Source: a virus
Direction: 5' to 3' (one strand)
Virus record (IMG/VR): IMGVR_UViG_3300031566_000048
DNA length: 54,138 nucleotides
Within the stretch, counting starts at the first letter, position 1. The number at the start of each line of letters is the position of its first letter. Positions 16,549 through 22,819 of this stretch are shown one piece after another. The notes under the pieces are model-generated. The model was not told where the DNA came from. It saw only the letters and a program-made list of their open reading frames with translations, and ran no database searches. Made by a program: the position numbers and the translations under genes.

Positions 16549-17260
16549 CACAAAACTATTTAAAGACAGTTGGTTTTCTAACCTTTCAAAAGATGCAAAA
16601 CTATTATATATCTATTTAATAACAAACTGCGACCACGCAGGAATAATTGATTTTAACGCAAAACTTATAGATTTTGAAACAGAAATCAAGGGTTCAGCAA
16701 GAGTTAGGCAAGAGTTAGGCAAGTGTTTAATACACTTGAGAGATAACTACTTTTTTATAGTAAAATTTCCTAACTATCAATATAAAGACTTTTCAGAGGG
16801 AAACAATAATATAAAAAGTAGTGTAATTAAACGCTTAAATGAGTTTAACTTATTAGATGAAAATTCAAGGGTTAAGCAAGGGTTAGGCAACAGTTCCCCA
16901 ACTGTTATGGATATGGTTAAGGATAAAGAAAAGGATAAGGATAAGATAAAAGATAAAGATAATGTTAATATAAATGTTAAAGCTAAAAGTAACAACTTAT
17001 CTTTTGTTGACGATAAATTTTTACCTACTATTAAAAAATGGCTTGATTATAAAAAATCTAAAAATCAAACATACAAGAACGAACATAGTTTAAAAGCACT
17101 TTATAACAAGATTTTAGAACTTTCGGGCAATAATGCAGATATTGCTGATAAGATAATTAATCAATCTATGGCTAATAATTGGGCGGGACTTTTTGAGCTA
17201 AAAAATGAAAACAAACAAAAAGGAGAAAACGGAAATGACTTTGGAAAACTCCCATATTGA
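16529..17260 (+). CDS. Replisome organiser / replication initiator (phage O/DnaD-like N-terminal region)
   Basis: 'RFIDTKLFKDSWFSNLSKDAKLLYIYLITNCDHAGIIDF' is the typical N-terminus of phage replisome organisers. Contains iterons and is followed by a DnaC-like gene. Confidence 0.65.
   Translation: MAKRFIDTKLFKDSWFSNLSKDAKLLYIYLITNCDHAGIIDFNAKLIDFETEIKGSARVRQELGKCLIHLRDNYFFIVKFPNYQYKDFSEGNNNIKSSVIKRLNEFNLLDENSRVKQGLGNSSPTVMDMVKDKEKDKDKIKDKDNVNINVKAKSNNLSFVDDKFLPTIKKWLDYKKSKNQTYKNEHSLKALYNKILELSGNNADIADKIINQSMANNWAGLFELKNENKQKGENGNDFGKLPY
16687..16730 (+). repeat. Iteron cluster 1: four tandem 11-bp units 'CAAG(G/A)GTTAGG'
   Basis: caagggttcag / caagagttagg / caagagttagg / caagtgtttaa, read directly. 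Confidence 0.7.
16866..16898 (+). repeat. Iteron cluster 2: three tandem 11-bp units
   Basis: caagggttaag / caagggttagg / caacagttccc. Followed by the purine/AT-rich tract 'ggataaagaaaaggataaggataagataaaagataaagataatg'. Confidence 0.65.
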
Positions 17261-17954
17261 AATTGCTGTTAATAAAATGGTTCAAGCTGAATTAGAAAAG
17301 AAAAAAAACAATATTAATAAAATTGAACAAAAAAAAATAAAAGAACCAGTATGGTGTGAAAAATGTGGATTTTCAAAAACAGGCGATATATGTCAAAAAT
17401 GCGTTGAAATTGAAAAAGAGGTACAAGTTATGGCTAATGACAAAAAAAACGCTACAATAGCAAGTTTGGGCGGTTTAAGAGCATATGAGAAGTATACTGT
17501 TAATAATTTTAATGATAAAAATATTTTAAAAGATTGTTTAGGATATCCAAACATAAATATATATATAACTGGGGCAGTTGGAACGGGTAAAACTCATTTA
17601 GGAACAGCATTAATAAGAAAGTGCGAAAATTTTAATCGCTTTAGTAGTATACAAATTTGCCGGGAATTAAGAAAAACCCAAAGTAGTGCTAATCCTGCAC
17701 TATCAGAAGAAAAACTAATTAAAAACTTAAGTGAAATTCCTTTAATGATAGACGATTTCGGTGTTGAAAAAACCACAGAATATACTAAACAGACTTTATA
17801 TGAAATTATTGATAAAAGATATGAGTTAGGAAATGGCGGTTTAATTATAACCAGTAACTTTGAACTTGGAAAAAATAGAATTTCTAGCAGGTTATATGAA
17901 ATGTGTAAAATTATCAAATTAGACGGAAATGATTTTAGGTTAAAAAAACTATGA
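17235..17954 (+). CDS. DnaC/IstB-like AAA+ helicase loader
   Basis: Walker A 'TGAVGTGKTHL' and Walker B 'LMIDDFG'. RBS 'aggag' before the ATG at 17235. The track start at 17205 is also possible. Confidence 0.8.
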   Translation: MTLENSHIEIAVNKMVQAELEKKKNNINKIEQKKIKEPVWCEKCGFSKTGDICQKCVEIEKEVQVMANDKKNATIASLGGLRAYEKYTVNNFNDKNILKDCLGYPNINIYITGAVGTGKTHLGTALIRKCENFNRFSSIQICRELRKTQSSANPALSEEKLIKNLSEIPLMIDDFGVEKTTEYTKQTLYEIIDKRYELGNGGLIITSNFELGKNRISSRLYEMCKIIKLDGNDFRLKKL

Positions 17955-20479
17955 AAGAATACCTAAATAAAGTGCATAATTGCGATTGTTTGGAGCTGTT
18001 AAAAAAGTTGCCTGATAATAGTGTTGATTGTATTGTAACCGACCCACCTTACGAATTAGGATTTATGAATAAAAAATGGGATAGCACAGGCATTTCTTAT
18101 AATGTAGATTTATGGCGTGAATGCTTGCGTGTACTTAAATCAGGCGGTCATTTACTTGCTTTTGGGGGAAGTAGAACATATCATAGAATGGCTTGTGCTA
18201 TAGAAGATGCGGGCTTTGAAATAAGAGACCAAATACAATGGTTGTATGGATGTATAAGTGAGGATACTGAAATATTAACCATTAATGGTTGGAAGCATTA
18301 CTATAAAGACATTGATAAAAATCCCGTATTATGCTATAGTATAAAAGATAATAGTTTTAAATTTGAAATACCAAAAAGAAAATTTTATTATGAAAACAAA
18401 TATCCCGCATACCATATTAAATCAGATTTTACAAACCAAATTGTCTCTACAGGACATAACTGTATTATTGAACGAAACGGAAAAAAAGTATTTAAAAAAG
18501 CCGATGCACTTCAATGCAAAGAGAGCGTACCCTTTTTGGAAAGTTTGCAGGAATTGCCTGAAACCATACCTTTGTTACACAAAGGAACAAGCATTAAGAA
18601 ACAAGACTTGCTCAAAGAATTGTGCAGGAAAACTTGTATCAAAAATAAGACCAAAAAGAAAAATAAAATATTTAGTAGAAAAAATATGTTTAATATGTGG
18701 AACATCATTTTTAGCAAGACGAGACAAAATATCAAAATATTGTTCTTACAAATGCAACGGTATGATAAGAGGACAGGAGTGGAAAAAACACGCACACAAG
18801 GGCAGATTTGCTTGGAGCAAAGAAGCAGAGGAAAGTTGCAAAAAGAAAATGACTGGCTCAAAAAATCCAGCTTGGAAAGGTGGAGTAACTTATTTCAAAA
18901 AAAAAGGCAATTATACTGGCGTAGTTTATGTCAGGTGTCCACAGAAATATTTAAGTATGGCACGCAAAGACGGATATGTTATGCAACACAGATTAATAAT
19001 GGCACAGCATTTGAAAAAAATTTTAAAAAGAACGGAAGTTGTGCATCATATAGACCACAATCCGAGCAACAACAAAATAAACAATCTAATGCTATTTCCA
19101 ACAAACAAAGCACACAAAATATACGAAGGACAAATGCGGAAGTTAAACAAATAAATTATAAAGGTAAAATGTGGTGCATTGAAACTGAAAGTGGCGCATT
19201 TGTTGCTAGGCGTAAGGGAAAAATATTTATTACAGGAAACAGTGGCTTCCCTAAAAGTTTAAATATATCAAAAGCGATAGATAAAAAGTTTGGAGCGAAG
19301 AGGGAAGTTTTTAAAAAATCAGTTTCATATCCTGATAGTGATTGTTGGGGTATATCTAATCCCACAACTGTAAAAAATAATTCAAGTTATATTGTTAATA
19401 CTAATAATATAAATGCTGGTAAGGGAATGAGATATGATAGTAAACCATCAACCCCCGAAGCCAAACAATGGGACGGTTGGGGTTCAGCTCTTAAACCAGC
19501 ACACGAGCCAATATGTATGGCACGAAAACCACTATCAGAAAAAACAATTGCGGATAATGTTTTAAAATATGGCACTGGGGGAATAAATATAGATGCTTGT
19601 CGTATAAATGTTTCAAATGAAGATTTGGAGCAAAATATAAAAAGAAGAGGAACTAAATATTTAAATAAAAAAAGTAGAATAACTGGAAATGAAGTTACTA
19701 ATTTTCCAATAGGTTTATGTAAAACTATATCAAAACAAGGACGCTTTCCCTCAAATGTAATATTATCACATCACAATGAATGTGTGGAAATTGGGGTTAA
19801 AGAGGTTAATGGTATAAGTGGTGGAACAAATAAAACTGGTAATAATTTTATGGGAAAATATAAACAAGGACATAAACCATTTAATTATGCTAAAAACGGC
19901 AAAGAAATAGTATCTCATTACGAATGCCACCCTGATTGCCCTATTGGTATTTTGGATAAGCAGAGTGGGTTAAGACCTAGTAGCGGAAGAATTGGGGAAA
20001 GTGGAAGTGGAATTGGTGCTATTAATGGAATTTATCAAAAAGGTATGGGTGGTAAAAGAATGGATACTTATTTTGACATAGGCACAGCATCCCGCTTTTT
20101 TTATTGTGCTAAAAGTTCACGGGCAGAAAGGAATAAAGGTTGTGAAAATTTGGAAGATAAAAAACAGAGGGCGAATTATAAGGTTAGTGGAGGTCGTTCA
20201 TTTAAAAATGGAGAATGGATAGAAAATAATTCTAAACCAAAATTAAGACAAAATTTTCATCCCTGTGTTAAACCAAAAAAACTAATGCAATATCTTATTA
20301 AACTTATTACACCACCTAACGGAATTGTACTTGATATTTTTTCAGGTTCTGGTAGCACTTTGGTAGCTTGCAAAAGTTTAGGATTTGATTTTATAGGCAT
20401 TGAAAAGGAACAAAAGTATTGCCGTATAGCAGAGGCTCGCATTGCCAAAGAACAGGTACAAGGAAAATTTGATTTATGA
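17951..20479 (+). CDS. DNA methyltransferase (N6_N4_Mtase family, DPPY motif, probably N6-adenine) interrupted by a 330-aa intein
   Basis: 'VTDPPY' and 'GGHLLAFGG'. The conserved 'WLYG/SGFPKS' motif is split by the insert. C-terminal 'FHPCVKPKKLMQYLIKLITPPNGIVLDIFSGSGST' is the AdoMet motif. Confidence 0.9.
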   Translation: MKEYLNKVHNCDCLELLKKLPDNSVDCIVTDPPYELGFMNKKWDSTGISYNVDLWRECLRVLKSGGHLLAFGGSRTYHRMACAIEDAGFEIRDQIQWLYGCISEDTEILTINGWKHYYKDIDKNPVLCYSIKDNSFKFEIPKRKFYYENKYPAYHIKSDFTNQIVSTGHNCIIERNGKKVFKKADALQCKESVPFLESLQELPETIPLLHKGTSIKKQDLLKELCRKTCIKNKTKKKNKIFSRKNMFNMWNIIFSKTRQNIKILFLQMQRYDKRTGVEKTRTQGQICLEQRSRGKLQKENDWLKKSSLERWSNLFQKKRQLYWRSLCQVSTEIFKYGTQRRICYATQINNGTAFEKNFKKNGSCASYRPQSEQQQNKQSNAISNKQSTQNIRRTNAEVKQINYKGKMWCIETESGAFVARRKGKIFITGNSGFPKSLNISKAIDKKFGAKREVFKKSVSYPDSDCWGISNPTTVKNNSSYIVNTNNINAGKGMRYDSKPSTPEAKQWDGWGSALKPAHEPICMARKPLSEKTIADNVLKYGTGGINIDACRINVSNEDLEQNIKRRGTKYLNKKSRITGNEVTNFPIGLCKTISKQGRFPSNVILSHHNECVEIGVKEVNGISGGTNKTGNNFMGKYKQGHKPFNYAKNGKEIVSHYECHPDCPIGILDKQSGLRPSSGRIGESGSGIGAINGIYQKGMGGKRMDTYFDIGTASRFFYCAKSSRAERNKGCENLEDKKQRANYKVSGGRSFKNGEWIENNSKPKLRQNFHPCVKPKKLMQYLIKLITPPNGIVLDIFSGSGSTLVACKSLGFDFIGIEKEQKYCRIAEARIAKEQVQGKFDL
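18251..19240 (+). other. Intein (residues 101-430 of the methyltransferase)
   Basis: Starts with Cys in 'C-ISEDTEILT' and contains 'STGHNCII'. Ends '...MWCIETESGAFVA...KIFITGN' followed by the +1 extein Ser of SGFPKS. Confidence 0.8.
18363..19154 (+). CDS. HNH homing endonuclease encoded in the +1 frame within the intein. Start uncertain: TTG 18363, ATG 18390 or ATG 18504.
   Basis: 'CRNC..CSKNC', 'CLICG...YCSYKCNG', 'KNPAWKGG', 'DGYVMQHRLIMAQHL...VVHHIDHNPSNNKINNLMLFPTNKAH'. Confidence 0.8.
   Translation: MKYQKENFIMKTNIPHTILNQILQTKLSLQDITVLLNETEKKYLKKPMHFNAKRAYPFWKVCRNCLKPYLCYTKEQALRNKTCSKNCAGKLVSKIRPKRKIKYLVEKICLICGTSFLARRDKISKYCSYKCNGMIRGQEWKKHAHKGRFAWSKEAEESCKKKMTGSKNPAWKGGVTYFKKKGNYTGVVYVRCPQKYLSMARKDGYVMQHRLIMAQHLKKILKRTEVVHHIDHNPSNNKINNLMLFPTNKAHKIYEGQMRKLNK
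20458..20479 (+). repeat. 22-bp direct repeat 'acaaggaaaatttgatttatga', copy 1
   Basis: Identical to 20830-20851. Includes the methylase stop and the next ATG. Confidence 0.9.
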
Positions 20480-20820
20480 CTATAGAATTTTTACAAAAAG
20501 TTTTTAGCGAATTTGGTTATAGCAGATGTTTTGATTTGGAGCAAAATCTTAAAAAAAATTCTGCATTTAAAAGTTATGATAAAGTATTTTCATTTTATAA
20601 TAACAAAAAATACACTAATTTTATTATAACTTTTGATAATATAAAACATAAAAATCAGATAGCAATAAGTGTTTCTATATTAAACTACTGTATACATATT
20701 GATGACATAAATAATATTTTTTCAAAACTTTCAAAAAAAATGCGTTCGCCAAATAAAAAACTAATTAGAAATATTTTATATCTTTTTGAAAATATAAAAA
20801 ATATACAATCGCAATTATAA
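20476..20820 (+). CDS. Hypothetical protein, a cassette flanked by the 22-bp repeats
   Basis: ATGA overlap with the methylase stop. Confidence 0.5.
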   Translation: MTIEFLQKVFSEFGYSRCFDLEQNLKKNSAFKSYDKVFSFYNNKKYTNFIITFDNIKHKNQIAISVSILNYCIHIDDINNIFSKLSKKMRSPNKKLIRNILYLFENIKNIQSQL

Positions 20821-20829
20821 AAAATTAGC

Positions 20830-20851
20830 ACAAGGAAAATTTGATTTATGA
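20830..20851 (+). repeat. 22-bp direct repeat, copy 2
   Basis: Identical to 20458-20479. Confidence 0.9.
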
Positions 20852-20943
20852 AAACAATAAAACTAGACATACTTTTATTTTGGATATTAGCCTTAACTTT
20901 TTGCCTGACTTTTTGGGTTAAAGTTATTAGCTTTATTTTATGA
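20848..20943 (+). CDS. Tiny hydrophobic ORF (31 aa)
   Basis: 'MKTIKLDILLFWILALTFCLTFWVKVISFIL'. Its ATG lies inside repeat copy 2. Confidence 0.3.
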   Translation: MKTIKLDILLFWILALTFCLTFWVKVISFIL

Positions 20944-20954
20944 AAAATAACCCC

Positions 20955-20984
20955 TTGACAATTTTTTTAAATTAATGCTACAAT
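20955..20984 (+). promoter_or_regulatory. Early promoter, upstream member of the second tandem pair
   Basis: TTGACA (20955-20960), 18 nt, TACAAT (20979-20984). Confidence 0.55.
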
Positions 20985-21033
20985 TTTTATGTAGTAGTTT
21001 TAAGAGGGAAAATAGCAAGTAATAAAAAAGTAC

Positions 21034-21113
21034 TTGACAAGAAATAAAAAAGTTGTTATAATAATAGTGTAGTAGAAAAGAAGTAAAAAAACTGAAACCA
21101 AAGGAGAGAGAAA
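21034..21113 (+). promoter_or_regulatory. Early promoter plus conserved leader, paralogous to 14458..14539
   Basis: TTGACA (21034-21039), 17 nt, TATAAT (21057-21062). Shares the leader sequence. Confidence 0.65.
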
Positions 21114-21305
21114 ATGGAAAATCAAAACGAAAAAGAGTTAACAATAGGATGTATGGTTATGGTTGACAATAAAATTGGAAGAATTACATATATACAGCCA
21201 AACAGACGGATGGCAAGGGTTAGGTTCTCTTTGGAAAAATGTCAATTATGTTTTGTATCCGATATTTCAAAAACAAATTTAAAAAAAGATGTTTATGTAA
21301 ACTAA
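21114..21305 (+). CDS. Hypothetical early protein
   Basis: RBS 'aaaggagag'. Confidence 0.5.
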   Translation: MENQNEKELTIGCMVMVDNKIGRITYIQPNRRMARVRFSLEKCQLCFVSDISKTNLKKDVYVN

Positions 21306-21308
21306 TTA

Positions 21309-21375
21309 AAACCCGCCTAATTCTCTGGCGGTTTCAGAAACCCCCGCTCTTTCGGGAGCCGTAAGGGTGGGGGAT
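21309..21375 (+). terminator. GC-rich stem-loops after 21114..21305
   Basis: 'ccgcc-taattctct-ggcgg', then 'ccccc gctc-tttcgg-gagc ... ggggg'. Confidence 0.4.
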
Positions 21376-21400
21376 AAAATAAAAGTTCTTTTAAAAATTT

Positions 21401-21547
21401 GGCAGGGTGGCGGAATAGGTAGACGCTTATCATTGGTAAGGTTATTGACTGTCTGACGCTTAATTTCGGTATGACGCCTTTTTAGGTGCGTTGTGGTAAC
21501 CCAAGGATATATAACTATGTAGGGTGCAAATCCCTGCCCCTGCCCCA
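21401..21547 (+). ncRNA. tRNA-like RNA of 147 nt with an oversized anticodon-arm region (intron-containing tRNA or tRNA mimic)
   Basis: 5' 'GGCAGGG' pairs with 'CCCTGCC' (21538-21544), followed by CCA. Leu-type D-arm 'GCGGAATAGGTAGACGC'. T-arm 'TAGGG-TGCAAAT-CCCTG'. About 65 extra nt lie between the anticodon-like loop 'TTGGTAA' and its 3' partner. Confidence 0.55.
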
Positions 21548-21567
21548 AATTTCAACAGGAGGATTTA

Positions 21568-21750
21568 ATGTTTAGAAAAATATTAAGTTGGATTTCAAAG
21601 AAAGCATATCTATGTGGCAGAGTAGACGCTTTTACGGAAGTTTATAATAATCGCAACAAGTGCGGACAATTCATTTCAACATCAGATTTTTGTACACAAG
21701 AAATGGAAAAAGATAGTAAGAAAATTTTAAAATTACTTACTAGAAAATAA
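21568..21750 (+). CDS. Hypothetical protein
   Basis: RBS 'caggagga'. Confidence 0.5.
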   Translation: MFRKILSWISKKAYLCGRVDAFTEVYNNRNKCGQFISTSDFCTQEMEKDSKKILKLLTRK

Positions 21751-21783
21751 AACAGGCTCTTTAAAACAGGTCATTCCCCAAAG

Positions 21784-21896
21784 TTAATTCCGTAGATTTC
21801 GACGGAATTAAAAAATGTATGCCCCTCACCTTGAGTGGTAGAAATTCAGGTAAGCACAAATTGTGCTCTACTGAAAACTAAAAGTGAGGGGGTAGT
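21784..21896 (+). promoter_or_regulatory. Structured 5' leader with a sequestered Shine-Dalgarno sequence
   Basis: 10-bp hairpin 'ttaattccgt/acggaattaa'. The long-range pairing 'cccctcac' (21823-21830) with 'gtgagggg' (21884-21891) covers the RBS of the ATG at 21897. Confidence 0.45.
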
Positions 21897-22091
21897 ATGA
21901 AAGAAATAGTTAGACAGGAAGTAGCAAAGGAAATTAGCAGGCAGGCAAATGAGTACGGAGTAGAGCAGTTTAATAGTAATTTGCCAAGTGAAACACGCAA
22001 ACAGTGCAACAAGTCAATTAACCACTTACAACAAATAGCAATAAATATTTTCGGTTTAAAAACAAGTGATTTTAGGAGGATAGCAAAATGA
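21897..22091 (+). CDS. Hypothetical protein
   Basis: RBS 'gaggggg'. Confidence 0.5.
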   Translation: MKEIVRQEVAKEISRQANEYGVEQFNSNLPSETRKQCNKSINHLQQIAINIFGLKTSDFRRIAK

Positions 22092-22285
22092 AAAACCTTG
22101 AAAAAAAACTAGCAGTAGCAAGAGACCAATTGGTTAAAGCAAAAGAAGAATTGAAAGAATTAGTTAAATTGGATGTTACTAGTGAAAAAAAAATAGATGT
22201 TTCTATTAATATAATTGATAAAAAACAGCACGAAATAGACAATATTAAATTTATAATAAGATTGTATGAAGATTTGCTGAAATAA
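22088..22285 (+). CDS. Hypothetical coiled-coil protein
   Basis: ATGA overlap with the upstream gene. Confidence 0.5.
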   Translation: MKNLEKKLAVARDQLVKAKEELKELVKLDVTSEKKIDVSINIIDKKQHEIDNIKFIIRLYEDLLK

Positions 22286-22297
22286 CGGAGGAATATT

Positions 22298-22450
22298 ATG
22301 GAAGAAAAAATAAACGAAAAAACAGAACAAAAAAAACAATGTAGTGCATTTTGCAATGACGGTTATTTCACAGTAAGGCAGATAGGACACGATGGCAAAG
22401 TTTTGAAACAGTATAAACAAAGATGTGCTAATTGCAATAAAAAAAATTAA
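22298..22450 (+). CDS. Small Cys-rich protein (50 aa)
   Basis: RBS 'cggagga'. 'C..FC...CANC'. Confidence 0.4.
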   Translation: MEEKINEKTEQKKQCSAFCNDGYFTVRQIGHDGKVLKQYKQRCANCNKKN

Positions 22451-22461
22451 GAGGTAATCAG

Positions 22462-22671
22462 ATGAAAAAATGGCATAAGAGAAAGTATTGTAAAAAATGT
22501 AAAGGATATAGAACAACAGGCGGATTTAAGATTTTATTTGGAGCATTTAGCATTGGAAATTGGGAACACGAATGCAGGTGTTTCAGATATAGTGGTAAAA
22601 CAGAACTTGATAAGAAAAAATGTAACGAAGTTTTAAGGGAGCAAAATAATGACAATAAAACAACATTGTAA
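22462..22671 (+). CDS. Small Cys-rich protein
   Basis: RBS 'gaggtaatcag'. 'CKKCKGY...C.C'. Confidence 0.45.
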   Translation: MKKWHKRKYCKKCKGYRTTGGFKILFGAFSIGNWEHECRCFRYSGKTELDKKKCNEVLREQNNDNKTTL

Positions 22672-22816
22672 GAGCTTTGACACATTGTGGGAGGCATCAA
22701 ACGATTTGTATACCAGTCCCCCAACTTACAGATTATGGCTAAAGGGTGCTAAACCTAAAATCAAAGCACATAGGGAAAGAATTTTGCAAAAAGGCATAAA
22801 AAAGTGGTGGAGGTAA
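22649..22816 (+). CDS. Small hypothetical protein (55 aa)
   Basis: RBS 'aagggag'. Fills the gap before the exonuclease gene. Confidence 0.4.
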   Translation: MTIKQHCKSFDTLWEASNDLYTSPPTYRLWLKGAKPKIKAHRERILQKGIKKWWR

Positions 22817-22819
22817 ATA

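Noticed and set aside
16687-16898. Short tandem repeats considered as a possible CRISPR array.
   Set aside because: The units are 11 bp, directly abutting without spacers, and lie inside a replication gene. They fit iterons, not CRISPR repeats. No cas genes are present.
18511-18861. 116-aa minus-strand ORF inside the intein/HNH region, a third open frame.
   Set aside because: Purine-rich sense-strand composition keeps the antisense frame open by chance. There are no motifs and no RBS. Two sense frames already explain the region.
21306-21548. 80-aa minus-strand ORF across the GC-rich island.
   Set aside because: It overlaps the hairpins and the tRNA-like element. It is open only because this non-coding island is GC-rich. 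It has no RBS and an implausible Pro/Gly/Arg-rich composition.
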